In this document: positions 21,314 to 31,899 of the stretch, one piece after another
Numbering within the stretch: position 1 is the stretch's first letter
Layout of the letters: each line of letters opens with the position of its first letter
From: Candidatus Enterousia sp.
Lineage (GTDB): Bacteria; Pseudomonadota; Alphaproteobacteria; Rs-D84
Assembly (NCBI GenBank): GCA_045617905.1
Contig: JAZLJO010000013.1
Span: forward strand, 532-64,531
Length of the DNA stretch: 64,000 nucleotides
Direction of reading: 5' to 3'
Notes under the pieces: model-generated
Told to the model about the DNA's origin: nothing
The model's input: only the letters and a program-made list of their open reading frames with translations
The model's database searches: none
Made by a program: the position numbers and the translations under genes

Positions 21314-22081
21314 TTAAAACGCATATGGTTTGGCATGGAAATTTTCGCGGGCCTGTTGGATGTTTAATGATGCATCTGATGCATTACGGCCATTATCAAC
21401 CAAATCCAATGAACCAAAATATGCTGTCATCATTGGATCATACGCGTTATCAGATGAAATCCATTTGTCAGATCCGGAATTTGGCGTGCCATATTTATCT
21501 AAGACATTTTGCCAAAATGCCAAAACCTTTTTTTCACGTTGATTGGCAAATTTGTCATGGTCGCCTTCTAATTCATCAACATCATTATTGTATAAAACAC
21601 GCCATACAACATTATCGGTTGCATTGCTGGTAAAATACACTGTGATCGTTTCACCTGTATTTTCACGCGTTAAATGTAATTCGGATGCAAACAATAAACC
21701 ACGTTTACGTGCCAAACTGTTTATACATTTTTCTAGTTTTTCTGGTATTACAACCCCCTGTTGACGGCATTCATAATCTAAATTGTATTTCCAATCTGGG
21801 ATAATTGTATAAATAATACTGTTTTTTTTACGCGGTGAATACAAACCTTTGTTTTTGAAAAACAGTGTTTGAACATCTTCAAAGCCCATCCCCAACATAA
21901 TGCCGGCAATATCAAATGTTTCAACCGGTGCGGGATCGGCCCCCATGTTTAATGTAACGGAATCTGTTATAATATCCGCATCATCTGCGTCAACAATCGC
22001 AAAATCGTCAAACGCATCATCTGCGAATGCGGGAACAATTAAATTTGTCAGAATTAATAAAATATTAAAATATTTTTTCAT
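21314..22081 (-). CDS. Hypothetical exported protein
   Basis: Signal peptide ending AFA-DD; tightly linked to upstream genes. Confidence 0.75.
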   Translation of the reverse strand: MKKYFNILLILTNLIVPAFADDAFDDFAIVDADDADIITDSVTLNMGADPAPVETFDIAGIMLGMGFEDVQTLFFKNKGLYSPRKKNSIIYTIIPDWKYNLDYECRQQGVVIPEKLEKCINSLARKRGLLFASELHLTRENTGETITVYFTSNATDNVVWRVLYNNDVDELEGDHDKFANQREKKVLAFWQNVLDKYGTPNSGSDKWISSDNAYDPMMTAYFGSLDLVDNGRNASDASLNIQQARENFHAKPYAF

Positions 22082-22083
22082 TT

Positions 22084-22719
22084 TTATTGCTTTATAATTT
22101 CTGTGACACCAAAACGAAACATTGTCGCAGGATCTATGCCCCTGTTTAAATCTTTGCGAAATCTGTTTTGTTCTGATTGATATTTTGGACGCAGGGCAGG
22201 TTCAAAAATCCATTTCATAATCAATGTCCCGTATGAAACCGTTGGTGATTCAGTAAAATTGTTTGATTGATTCCACGTTTTCATTGTGTATGAAACAGTC
22301 CAGTATTGGCTGTCTATGGGGCGAACAATATCTTTTAAGTGGATGGTTCGTAACATTTTTTTATTTGTCATTTGATCTATTTCTGGTAAAACATCATTGA
22401 TCCATTCAGAAAACACACTTTGTCGTGACATTGAACGAATGGTATTTTTACGCAAATCAATACTGTTCTTGTCTGGAATTACTGAAAAATAATCATGCAA
22501 ATATTTGGCAACAAAAAATTTTTGTAATTCTAAATCGTCAATTAAATCGGGACGTTGTGGCATGCCGGGACGTTGTTCAGATAAATTGCCCGGTTGAAAA
22601 AAATAAACATTTGTTTCGCGTTGCAACCCCGCATCATATATTGTTGCACCCAAAAATATTGCGGTAATCGTTACCAATAACAGTATCAATCCAATAAAAA
22701 ACGAAATCAGTTTTTTCAT
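22084..22719 (-). CDS. VirB8-like bitopic protein
   Basis: Single N-terminal TM, helix FVAKYLHDY, SMSRQSVFSEW, strands, C-terminal P..FRFGVTE. Confidence 0.45.
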   Translation of the reverse strand: MKKLISFFIGLILLLVTITAIFLGATIYDAGLQRETNVYFFQPGNLSEQRPGMPQRPDLIDDLELQKFFVAKYLHDYFSVIPDKNSIDLRKNTIRSMSRQSVFSEWINDVLPEIDQMTNKKMLRTIHLKDIVRPIDSQYWTVSYTMKTWNQSNNFTESPTVSYGTLIMKWIFEPALRPKYQSEQNRFRKDLNRGIDPATMFRFGVTEIIKQ

Positions 22720-22726
22720 TGTGTTC

Positions 22727-23491
22727 TTACTTTATTTTGTATGCATTAAAATCATTTATATAAAATCCCAACGTGTCTGGGTGTGTTTTTTCATCGCGTG
22801 ATACATCTATGTATGCGATGATGTCAATATTACCCATTGTTGATGTTTTTATTGTTGCATGCATGTGCCAATTACCACCGCGTTCTGTAATTTCGCCAAT
22901 TGGTGACAATTTAATTGTTTTCGTTAATAATTGCATATATTCGCCGTTTTGAACAAAATTTGTCCATTGTGGAACAATGTTATACAAAAATTTTGTAAAC
23001 ATGGCATCATTTGTGGCACAATATATTGCACATTCATTGTCGTTATGAAACGGAACATCAATTGATTGACATACTGTATTGCGATCGCATGCATGCCATC
23101 GTACGGTATTTTGGGCAATGGGCGCATTATCAATTCTGAATAAATTTTTTGCAAATTTAACAATTAATGATTCTTGCATTGCGCGGTATGGGGTATAATT
23201 GGTGTGCTTTTTTTGAAACACTTGGCCGGTGACTTTGTTTGATTGTGATATTGGTTGTAATTTGGCATAAATATTATTTGGATTTTCTATAATTTGCCAA
23301 TCGCCGGTGTCAGAATCGATTGATACGATAAATGGATCAACACGCGCTGAACGGGTTGCCCATATCAAAAATATGCATGTAAATATTATCAAAAAAAATA
23401 CGACGGACACAGCAATACCCATCACGCGTGTGATGGAAATGCTGGCCCCCGCAGGGAAAGCCTGGGTTTCATAATCATTTGGATATTCCAA
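22727..23491 (-). CDS. VirB8-like bitopic protein
   Basis: TM then VDPFIVSIDSDTG; C-terminal PDTLGFYINDF resembling VirB8 NPLGF motif; TTG start. Confidence 0.55.
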   Translation of the reverse strand: MEYPNDYETQAFPAGASISITRVMGIAVSVVFFLIIFTCIFLIWATRSARVDPFIVSIDSDTGDWQIIENPNNIYAKLQPISQSNKVTGQVFQKKHTNYTPYRAMQESLIVKFAKNLFRIDNAPIAQNTVRWHACDRNTVCQSIDVPFHNDNECAIYCATNDAMFTKFLYNIVPQWTNFVQNGEYMQLLTKTIKLSPIGEITERGGNWHMHATIKTSTMGNIDIIAYIDVSRDEKTHPDTLGFYINDFNAYKIK

Positions 23492-23523
23492 TTTGTTTTT
23501 CCCCCGGATTTATGCACCATTCC

Positions 23524-23670
23524 TTAGGCCTGATATACCATCATGCATGCACATGGACTCAATTTCAATTCGTTGTTGTCGTATCCAACACCAACCGGTT
23601 CACGATCATATACCTGACCACATCCGGCCAAAGCGATTGCAACTAACAACCCTAAGAAAATTTTTTTCAT
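23524..23670 (-). CDS. Small lipoprotein (48 aa), VirB7-like; not in ORF track
   Basis: MKKIFLGLLVAIALAGCGQVYDREPVGVGYDNNELKLSPCACMMVYQA; LAGC lipobox; GGGGG RBS. Confidence 0.75.
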   Translation of the reverse strand: MKKIFLGLLVAIALAGCGQVYDREPVGVGYDNNELKLSPCACMMVYQA

Positions 23671-23765
23671 TTTTCCCCCGTTATACTACTTTTCTGAAAT
23701 TATAAAAAATTTACACTGCTTGGGTCAAGTCAAAACAAATTGGTATTGTTACATGCACCGATTTA

Positions 23766-26036
23766 TTAAAACTGCGTTTCGAATGATAATAAGAATCGTT
23801 GTTCACGATCATATTTGTTCATTTTTAATGGCCAACCCCAACTGAAATTCATAGGCCCCATTGGTGTGTTCCAATAAATTCCAAAACCAACAGATGTTCG
23901 CCAATCGTTATCTATATAATTTTTATGCCCAATAAAATCATATTCTTTGTGTGGTGGTTTGCCTAATATACCATAATCTGCAAACAGGAAACCTTTGATC
24001 TGATATTCATCTGGGATAAATACGGGGAAATTTAATTGCGTTGACCCATTAATTTTCCACAGTCCACCCAATGAATATGTTGTGTAATACCAATTGCGGC
24101 TGCCAACACCTGCAATGTCAAAACCACGTAATGTTTCACCCCCCAAGAAATAACGATATACACGTGATACATAATCATCATCCAGTGTTTGCAGATAACC
24201 GAAATCCATAGATGAACGCAGTTGCCAACGGTCGTCTAAAAATTTTACCATACCAATAATATCTGCGTTATAACGCATAAACGTTTCTGTACCACCAAAA
24301 CCGGTATATGCAATTCCAAAATTTGCAACAACGCCGGTATGTGTGTTCTGCTGAAAATTTGTATCTAAATTATGGTATTTAAAATATGTGCCAAATGTAT
24401 ACAGATTTGCATCAGCCCAGCCATTTTTTGATTGAATATCATAATTTTGATCAAATGACGCAGATAAACGCACATTTTGTGACCAATGATCCGTTAATTT
24501 CCACCCCATACGTGTTGCCAATGTTAACGAATCTCGATCATATCCAAAACCACCCAATGATGAATAATTGTACATTGTATATGAAATATCAAAACCTGCG
24601 GACAGTGGCCGACCAAATAAAAATGGTTCTGTAAAACTAAACAAAGCCTGTTTTTGATATTGTGCAATTGAACCACGTAATTGAACGGTCTGGCCACGGC
24701 CCATAAAATTATTTTCTGTGATACCTGCATCAACCATAAAACCGTTAATGTTTGACCAACCAAAACCGCCAGATAATTCACCGGTTGGTTGTTCTTCAAC
24801 CTTGATATCCAAATTCATCATATTTGCATCAGCAATGCGTGTAGGAATCATTTGAACATCTTTAAAATATCGGGTTCGCATCAGATTTTGACGCCCCGTC
24901 TCAATTGTTTGTAGCGAAAATGGATCGCCCGAACGCATTGGAATTAATTGTTCAATAACGCTGTCAAATGTGCGAACGTTCCCCAAAATATTTATCGAAT
25001 TTAGATATATACGATTTGTTTTTTGAATCTTGAATATCATATCGATTGTATGGGATGTATCATTTTTTGTTGGTACCGGTTCAACGTTTATGAATGCATA
25101 TCCATAATCGGCAACTGCACTGCGCAGGGCCGACATTGTTTCTTCGACCAAGTCCACATTGTATGTTGTGTTCGAAGATACCTTTAATACACGGGTCAAT
25201 GCATCCATTGGAATGTCGGGAAATGGATTATCAATATCAATTTTGCCGAATTTATATTTTTCCCCTTCTGACACGTCGAATGTAACAGAATAATATTCGC
25301 GATCTGGTGTAAACAGACCTGTGGTATTTAATACCTGAAAATCCACATAACCATTGCGCAGATAAAATTGACGCAACATTTGTTGATCATATAAAATGCG
25401 ATCTTCGTCAAATACATCAAATTGTGTCATAAAACGCCACCACGCGTGTTCACGGGATAAAATTTCACTGCGTAATTCGCGACTGCGGAATTTTTTGTTG
25501 CCTGTAAATTTTATGTCTGATATGTATGTCGGGTGACCTTCGGTTATTTCATATACGATATTTACGCGATTGTTTTCTAATTTAATTTTTTTCGGTTCTA
25601 TTTTGGTGCCGAAATATCCTTTGCGTTGATACAACGTTAACATACGGCGGACATCTGCCCCAATTATTGATTCATCATAAGATGTTCTTTCTTTGGTTCG
25701 AATTTCTTTTTTTAAATCATCTGTTGATATTTCATCATTGCCTTCAACCGTTACAACGTTGATTGTTGGGGCCTCGGTTATGTCGATTTTTAACGTATTG
25801 CCGGACATATAAACATTAATTTTTGAAAAATATCCGCTTTCTTGTAATTTTTTTGCAATTTGATTTGTCCGTTCTGTATCAATTTTATCGCCAATATGGA
25901 CATCTGATATTATACGAACAGATTCAGAATCCATGCGTTGATTGCCAGATACGTCAATCTTGGATACAACGGTTGCATTTGCCCCGACAATACCAAGTCC
26001 AAGATATGTTGCAAAAATTACATGTTGTTTTTTCAT
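23766..26036 (-). CDS. bamA: Outer membrane protein assembly factor BamA
   Basis: POTRA repeats, LRGF motif, TPMGPMNFS, terminal Phe. Confidence 0.95.
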   Translation of the reverse strand: MKKQHVIFATYLGLGIVGANATVVSKIDVSGNQRMDSESVRIISDVHIGDKIDTERTNQIAKKLQESGYFSKINVYMSGNTLKIDITEAPTINVVTVEGNDEISTDDLKKEIRTKERTSYDESIIGADVRRMLTLYQRKGYFGTKIEPKKIKLENNRVNIVYEITEGHPTYISDIKFTGNKKFRSRELRSEILSREHAWWRFMTQFDVFDEDRILYDQQMLRQFYLRNGYVDFQVLNTTGLFTPDREYYSVTFDVSEGEKYKFGKIDIDNPFPDIPMDALTRVLKVSSNTTYNVDLVEETMSALRSAVADYGYAFINVEPVPTKNDTSHTIDMIFKIQKTNRIYLNSINILGNVRTFDSVIEQLIPMRSGDPFSLQTIETGRQNLMRTRYFKDVQMIPTRIADANMMNLDIKVEEQPTGELSGGFGWSNINGFMVDAGITENNFMGRGQTVQLRGSIAQYQKQALFSFTEPFLFGRPLSAGFDISYTMYNYSSLGGFGYDRDSLTLATRMGWKLTDHWSQNVRLSASFDQNYDIQSKNGWADANLYTFGTYFKYHNLDTNFQQNTHTGVVANFGIAYTGFGGTETFMRYNADIIGMVKFLDDRWQLRSSMDFGYLQTLDDDYVSRVYRYFLGGETLRGFDIAGVGSRNWYYTTYSLGGLWKINGSTQLNFPVFIPDEYQIKGFLFADYGILGKPPHKEYDFIGHKNYIDNDWRTSVGFGIYWNTPMGPMNFSWGWPLKMNKYDREQRFLLSFETQF

Positions 26037-26050
26037 TTGTTTTTATTCGT

Positions 26051-27109
26051 TTAATTTAGGTTAAATACACGTGATATATCATTCCACATTGTGAACATAA
26101 TTAATGCCAGAATTAAAATCCACCCGATTATTATTGCGATTTCCATCCCTTTGCCATCTAATTTACGACGGCTAATCCCTTCGATGATTAAAATTGCAAG
26201 ATAACCACCATCCAACACGGGCAGGGGTAATAAATTTATTACGCCTAAATTTACAGACAATAACGCAATGATTGACAATAATGCCAAAATACCCAAAGTC
26301 ATTGCATGGCCTGATACTTCGGCAATTGAAATGAACGACCCCAGTTGTTTTGATGAACGCTCGCCCGTAATTATTTGTTTTAATACGGTTAACAATGTTT
26401 TAGATTGTTGATATGTTTCACGTGCACCGGCATATATTGCTGTTAAAAAACCACGTTTGCGAATTTCTGTTTTGCTGCCGTCTGCGATTAGGCCCCATCG
26501 TTCTGCAGGTGTAATTTTTACGTTAACCAATTTTTCATTGCGTAATAATATTACGTCCGCATCATGTTTATCTGCCAATTCTTTGGCAATGATTAAGTCA
26601 CCCCAATTTGTGATTTTTTCGCCATCAACCCGCATGATAGTATCCCCCGGACGAATTCCGGCATCAAATGCGGCAGATTTCTGAATAACCTGGCCAACGA
26701 CGGGTAATTGTATGTTTTGTGGTTTTACCATGAATAACGCAGAATATAATGTCCATGCCAAAATAAAATTCATAAATACCCCGGCGGCCAAAATTATAAA
26801 TTGTTTCCATGCTGGCACAGACAGGTAATGTCCAACACGTTTTTTTTCAGGTAATTCGTTGTATTTATTCCGATTAAACATGTCTTCTTGGCCGTATAAT
26901 GATACAAAACCACCAAAGGGTAATATTGCAATTTGCCACTGTGTATTATGTTTATCATGCCATTTTATCAGTGCCGGTCCAAATCCAATTGAAAATTTAT
27001 CAACGCGAACACCCGCCCAACGTGCGGCCAAAAAATGTCCAAGTTCATGGATAAAAACCATAGTTCCCAAAACAATCAATAATGCGACAATATTCCAAAT
27101 AATATGCAT
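26051..27109 (-). CDS. rseP: RIP metalloprotease RseP
   Basis: HELGH, FSIGFG, PDZ domain, NLLPLPVLDGG. Confidence 0.95.
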   Translation of the reverse strand: MHIIWNIVALLIVLGTMVFIHELGHFLAARWAGVRVDKFSIGFGPALIKWHDKHNTQWQIAILPFGGFVSLYGQEDMFNRNKYNELPEKKRVGHYLSVPAWKQFIILAAGVFMNFILAWTLYSALFMVKPQNIQLPVVGQVIQKSAAFDAGIRPGDTIMRVDGEKITNWGDLIIAKELADKHDADVILLRNEKLVNVKITPAERWGLIADGSKTEIRKRGFLTAIYAGARETYQQSKTLLTVLKQIITGERSSKQLGSFISIAEVSGHAMTLGILALLSIIALLSVNLGVINLLPLPVLDGGYLAILIIEGISRRKLDGKGMEIAIIIGWILILALIMFTMWNDISRVFNLN

Positions 27110-27126
27110 GTTTTTTCATCCGTTGT

Positions 27127-27777
27127 TTAAATCATTACAAACCATATCAGTGGCAACACATAAATCCATCCATCAAAACGGTCTAATAAACCGCCATGTC
27201 CAGGCAATATATTGCCAAAATCTTTAATTCCAATATTACGTTTTATCCAACTGGCGGTTAAATCACCATATTGGCTAAGCAGAGAAACACTGATGCCAAT
27301 CCATAATAACTGTGGCATAAATGTATCCGTTCCCAACAGACCATATAATACAGATGCACCCGTTCCGCATATGATACCGGCAATTTGTCCCGCCCATGTT
27401 TTATTGGCAGATATACGTTCCCACATCTTGTCACCGCCAAATATGCGGCCAAAATACCATGCACCAACGTCAGCCGCACTGATTGTCATTAATATCAATA
27501 ACATAATCCATGGCCGGGTGCCGACAAAATTTGCCGCCATCAGCATTGTTATTAACAATACAAAAAATATTATAAATTTAATACGATTGTTTTTTGTCGG
27601 AATTTTATTTTTTCTGCTGTGAATAATTGCTAAAATAAATTCGATAATCATTCCAAACACAACTAATACAGACAATATGCGAACAGTATGTAAACCATAA
27701 TATTCACCAAAGCCGGCCCCTGTTGCAATTAACATCATAACGATGGCGGCCAATATGCGTTTTAGTGTATTGTTCAT
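27127..27777 (-). CDS. cdsA: Phosphatidate cytidylyltransferase
   Basis: ISANKTWAG, GDLTASWIKR, KDFGNILPGHGGLLDRFD. Confidence 0.93.
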   Translation of the reverse strand: MNNTLKRILAAIVMMLIATGAGFGEYYGLHTVRILSVLVVFGMIIEFILAIIHSRKNKIPTKNNRIKFIIFFVLLITMLMAANFVGTRPWIMLLILMTISAADVGAWYFGRIFGGDKMWERISANKTWAGQIAGIICGTGASVLYGLLGTDTFMPQLLWIGISVSLLSQYGDLTASWIKRNIGIKDFGNILPGHGGLLDRFDGWIYVLPLIWFVMI

Positions 27778-27790
27778 ACTAATAACCTTT

Positions 27791-28552
27791 TTATTTCTTT
27801 TTTTTACCGGCGTAATTTGCCTTTTTGCCACCACCAAAGCGACGATTGCGTTTTGCAAATTCATCCAATGTGTACTGCCATAATTTTTCAGACTTTACTA
27901 ATTCAGGCCAATGTTCTGGAACGAATAACAATTCAGAATATGCCAGTTTCCATAACAGAAAGTTTGAAATTCTATATTCATTGCTGGTTCTGACCATTAA
28001 ATCAATAGGTAATAAATCCCCAGTGTCTAAAAACGTTTCAAATGTTTGTTTATCCACAGGGGCACCCGCAGCAATCGCCGCATTAACGGCGTCAATAATT
28101 TCATCTTGGCCACCATAGTTCAGGGCAAATACAACGGTTCCATTGGTGTTTTCTGCAGTGGCATTTTCTAATTCATCGCACAAATCAGCCAATCGTTTTG
28201 GTAAACGTTCACGTGTGCCAACGATACGATAACGCAGATTTTTTTTGATGGCATGCTTTAAATTCTTTTTTAATTCCGTATAAAATAACTTCATCAAAAA
28301 ATCGACTTCTTCTTTTGAACGTGTCCAGTTTTCGGTGGAAAATACAAAAAAAGTAATTGTTGAAACACCACGTTTTATATACCAATCAATCAAATTTTCA
28401 AAATTTGAAATTCCCGCCTGATGACCGGCCAATGGTGGCAGGCCGCGTTGTTCGGCCCAACGACGGTTGCCGTCACATATAAATGCAACGTGTTGTGGAA
28501 TATTGGGGACCGCAGATACTGTGGCGTTTTTCTTTTTTAAAAAGTTAAACAT
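27791..28552 (-). CDS. uppS: Undecaprenyl diphosphate synthase
   Basis: HVAFICDGNRRWA, FSTENW, NYGG, RISNFLLW. Confidence 0.95.
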   Translation of the reverse strand: MFNFLKKKNATVSAVPNIPQHVAFICDGNRRWAEQRGLPPLAGHQAGISNFENLIDWYIKRGVSTITFFVFSTENWTRSKEEVDFLMKLFYTELKKNLKHAIKKNLRYRIVGTRERLPKRLADLCDELENATAENTNGTVVFALNYGGQDEIIDAVNAAIAAGAPVDKQTFETFLDTGDLLPIDLMVRTSNEYRISNFLLWKLAYSELLFVPEHWPELVKSEKLWQYTLDEFAKRNRRFGGGKKANYAGKKKK

Positions 28553-28576
28553 GTTATACCCGATTACCTATTACTG

Positions 28577-29137
28577 TTAAACAGACATAATGTCAGTTTC
28601 TTTTTGTTTTGCCATTGCGTCAACTTCGGCACCACGTTTTTCAAAAACTTTCTGTAAATCTTCTTCGAATTTATGTTGATCGTCTTCGGAAATTTCTTTA
28701 TCGGTAACCGCACGTTTAATCTTGCCCATTGCGTCTTGGCGAATATTACGCATAGAAATCTTTGCTTCTTCGGCATATTTTCCGGCAACCTTGGTTAATT
28801 CACGACGACGTTCTTCGGTTAATGGGGGCAAATTTAACCGTATAACACCACCTGCGGTCATTGGATTTAAACCCAGACCTGAATCACGAATTGCCTTTTC
28901 TACGGCTGGGGCATTATTTATATCCCATACAGTAACGGATAATGTTTGGGTGTCTGGTGTTGAAACGGTTGCAACCTGATTAATTGGCATTTCAGAACCA
29001 TAAACGGGGACGCGTATTCCATCCAATAAATGAACAGATGCCCGACCGGTACGTAAACCTGCGTATTCACCCTGTAAAACTTCCAGTGTTTGGGCGGTTT
29101 TTTGTTCTGTTTCGGCTTTTAAAGCTTGATAATCCAT
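28577..29137 (-). CDS. frr: Ribosome recycling factor
   Basis: LRTGRA, PPLTEERRREL, RNIR. Confidence 0.97.
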   Translation of the reverse strand: MDYQALKAETEQKTAQTLEVLQGEYAGLRTGRASVHLLDGIRVPVYGSEMPINQVATVSTPDTQTLSVTVWDINNAPAVEKAIRDSGLGLNPMTAGGVIRLNLPPLTEERRRELTKVAGKYAEEAKISMRNIRQDAMGKIKRAVTDKEISEDDQHKFEEDLQKVFEKRGAEVDAMAKQKETDIMSV

Positions 29138-29218
29138 AATAAAAACTCCTTCTTGGAAAAAAGGTTAGCAAATTGATTTGACATTTGGCAAGAAGAAATG
29201 TAAAATATATTCCTGCAT

Positions 29219-29294
29219 GGGGTTGTAGCTCAGTTGGTAGAGCACTTGCATGGCATGCAAGGGGTCGTCGGTTCGAGTCCGATCAGCTCCACCA
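29219..29294 (+). tRNA. tRNA-Ala(GGC)
   Basis: Cloverleaf, G3:U70 pair, GGC anticodon, CCA. Confidence 0.96.
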
Positions 29295-29299
29295 AGTAT

Positions 29300-29377
29300 G
29301 GCGGGTGTAGCTCAGTTGGTTAGAGCGTTGGTTTGTGGTACCAAATGTCGCCAGTTCGAATCTGGTCACCCGCCCCA
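29300..29377 (+). tRNA. tRNA-His(GUG)
   Basis: GTG anticodon, encoded G-1, C73, CCA. Confidence 0.96.
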
Positions 29378-29613
29378 GAAAAATTTGTCCCTCACGAAAG
29401 TGGGGGATTAATTTTTATGCGAAAGGGCAGATGAGAACTGGCAGTTCGACAAAAAAGTAGGTGATAACGAGTGAAGCGAAGTTAGAACCGTTACGATTTG
29501 GAAAGGGGCCCAACAAAGTTGGGAATATACAATCTGGTCACCCGCCCCAGAAAAATTTGTCCCTCACGAAAGTGGGGGATTAATTTTTATGCGAAAGGGT
29601 AGATGAGAACTGG
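29359..29613 (+). repeat. 83-bp direct repeat containing tRNA-His 3' end (29359-29441, 29531-29613)
   Basis: Two copies differ at one base; 172-bp period. Confidence 0.9.
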
Positions 29614-29686
29614 TGATGCATCTGTTCGAACCGCTGCAAAAAGGCAGACGGAAGTATGCCGTTTTATCTATCTATTTTATTTAATC

Positions 29687-30775
29687 CTATTGATTAATAG
29701 TGTTTTGCACTGTCTGTATAATATTGTTGGCTTGTTTATCGGTTATCCCTACTTGATGGGCTAATGTCAGCATATCTTGGGTTGTAATATCTGTGCCTTT
29801 GTGGTTTACAGACGTTGCATGTTCCCATACCCCAATAGTTTGCGTAAGGTCGAAAGCAGGGGATAATTTCCAATCTTTGCCATCGTATAAAAAAGCAAAG
29901 TTTTTTGCATGATCATCAGTATTGTTTATAAGTACATTAAATACCATCAGGCGAAACATTTTTTCAACGTCACGTATGTTGCGTGTCAATTTTGCCGTTA
30001 GGGTTAATAAATCAGAATAATCTAACACTGGTTGGTTATGATCTGTGTCCAATAAGCCAGAAGCAGATATCATAAATACTTTTTCGCCATTCCGCTTACG
30101 ATCAAACCTTTCTACACCAAAATATTTGTCGTTAAACAGTTTGTAATTAGGAACCTCTAACCCCGCCTTTTGAGCCATTTCCATAATTTCAAATTCATGT
30201 TTGCCAATATTAGCAGGATCAATTGCTGATCGGAACTTTATAATCCAATCACTATTTTCAAATTTCCGAAAAATCTTTGGTCGTGTCCCGCCAGACGAAC
30301 CGCCGATACGAAATAATTCTTCTGTTACTGAATCATCAGTAACTATTGCTGCATCATCAATAATTTTGTTTATTTCTTCGGCTATTGTATCAAGTCCAGA
30401 ATCTTTATATTCGGTTGGTAATTCTTCACTGGGTTCAAATTCTAATGCACCCGGACCATTTTTTCCAACTATGGCCAATCTATCCAGTACAGAAATACTA
30501 TTTGGTGCAATGCCTCGCCTTTGTAATTCACGATTTACCAACAGTTTTCCCCAATTATCAGGCAGGCAATCGTTAAATATTCCGAATACACCATCAAATG
30601 GGTTACGGTTAGCTATAAATACCCGTTTTTCCAAAGGCAGTTTAAAAGGTGATATGCTAAAACCATTTTGTAACCAAAATGCATCATACTCAAAGGCTAA
30701 AAGATTATCAGATGTTAAGGCTAAACGTCCCACGATAGAATTGTGGTATTTTACAATTATCATTTTATTTTGCAC
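29687..30775 (-). CDS. hipA: HipA family toxin kinase
   Basis: DCLPDNWG, GSSGGTRPK, VERFDR, NTDDHAKNF, LSPAFD. Confidence 0.92.
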   Translation of the reverse strand: MQNKMIIVKYHNSIVGRLALTSDNLLAFEYDAFWLQNGFSISPFKLPLEKRVFIANRNPFDGVFGIFNDCLPDNWGKLLVNRELQRRGIAPNSISVLDRLAIVGKNGPGALEFEPSEELPTEYKDSGLDTIAEEINKIIDDAAIVTDDSVTEELFRIGGSSGGTRPKIFRKFENSDWIIKFRSAIDPANIGKHEFEIMEMAQKAGLEVPNYKLFNDKYFGVERFDRKRNGEKVFMISASGLLDTDHNQPVLDYSDLLTLTAKLTRNIRDVEKMFRLMVFNVLINNTDDHAKNFAFLYDGKDWKLSPAFDLTQTIGVWEHATSVNHKGTDITTQDMLTLAHQVGITDKQANNIIQTVQNTINQ

Positions 30776-31049
30776 TTTTAACCCCTTCGTTTATCACATC
30801 AAAAATGGATTTGTAATTTTTACGCACAAACAGATTATCAAAGTCGGATTCATATCCCAGTACCATTGCAATTTTTAATAATGCAGATAGTGATATTTCC
30901 CCAGTATGTTCAAACCGTTTGATTGACCCCAGTGAAACACCAGAACGTTCGGCCAATGTGGTTTGCGACATTTTAACGTTTCTGCGGGCAATACGAAAAC
31001 GACTGCTGATGTTCTTTTTTATAGATAATATATTGTCCAATTCTGTCAT
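30765..31049 (-). CDS. hipB: HipB-like XRE HTH antitoxin
   Basis: MSQTTLAERSGVSLGSIKRFE HTH; overlaps hipA start. Confidence 0.85.
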   Translation of the reverse strand: MTELDNILSIKKNISSRFRIARRNVKMSQTTLAERSGVSLGSIKRFEHTGEISLSALLKIAMVLGYESDFDNLFVRKNYKSIFDVINEGVKSAK

Positions 31050-31079
31050 TTGTAATCCGTTTTAGATAATATGTTGTCT
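31022..31079. promoter_or_regulatory. Candidate HipB operators
   Basis: Two imperfect palindromes TAGATAATAT(A/G)TTGTC 40 bp apart around the hipB start. Confidence 0.4.
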
Positions 31080-31388
31080 GTTTTTTTTGTGCTGATTATA
31101 ACACTTATAAGCACAAAGGCAAATAATTTGTATTCGTTTTGTTTGTATTTATTCAAAATCAGGAAATTTGATTTTTATTTGATAAACCGGTAAGTCTAAT
31201 AAATTTGTCATACGCGAAAGTGTATGTTGGGGGGCAGATTTTATAATCTGTATAATGACAGCAAATTCAGAAAAAATATTATTTCTTTTTACGTTTTTTG
31301 TGGCATGTGGAATATTGGCAATATCGTACAGATTACATTCCAAAAGTATTTTTGTTTTAATGTATATGAAAAAACGTGCTGCGATAAA

Positions 31389-31730
31389 TTATTTTCTGAT
31401 TGCATCAGTTATGGTTATGTAATAAGTACCATATTCACCACGGGTCCTACGGACGGTATAATTCATATTAAAGTATTTATATGTCCCGTCTTTTTTGTTG
31501 TATTTCGTTACCAATCGTGCCGCACATGCACGACGTTGTGGGGTGGTGTTTGTGAGTATTTCCATTTCTGTAATTTCTTCAATACCTACAACGTTTTCAT
31601 TATAGTTTTCTTTTGCCAAATCTTTTAATAATTCTTTTGCTGTGCTGTTCCAACATTCTGGGGCCGGTTCAGAACATCCGAACAAGACGGTCGAAATTAA
31701 AATTAATGATAAAACGCGAATTTTTTTCAT
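31389..31730 (-). CDS. Hypothetical lipoprotein
   Basis: Signal peptide with LFGC lipobox. Confidence 0.7.
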   Translation of the reverse strand: MKKIRVLSLILISTVLFGCSEPAPECWNSTAKELLKDLAKENYNENVVGIEEITEMEILTNTTPQRRACAARLVTKYNKKDGTYKYFNMNYTVRRTRGEYGTYYITITDAIRK

Positions 31731-31899
31731 ATCACAGTCCTTGATGTAAGTACATTTTATTTAATAGCACATATTTTATAATATTTCAAAGGATTAAATT
31801 CATTGGTTGTATTTTAATCAATAAATGCCCATATTGGGCATTCGTTGTTAAATTAATCAATTTATAAACAAAAAATTATTAACGGAAGTTATATCGTGA

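Noticed and set aside
29300-29377. Unusual alphaproteobacterial tRNA-His lacking G-1
   Set aside because: G-1 and C73 are present, so it is canonical
31149-31343. 64-aa ORF upstream of hipB
   Set aside because: TTG start, no RBS or motif; at best a fragment
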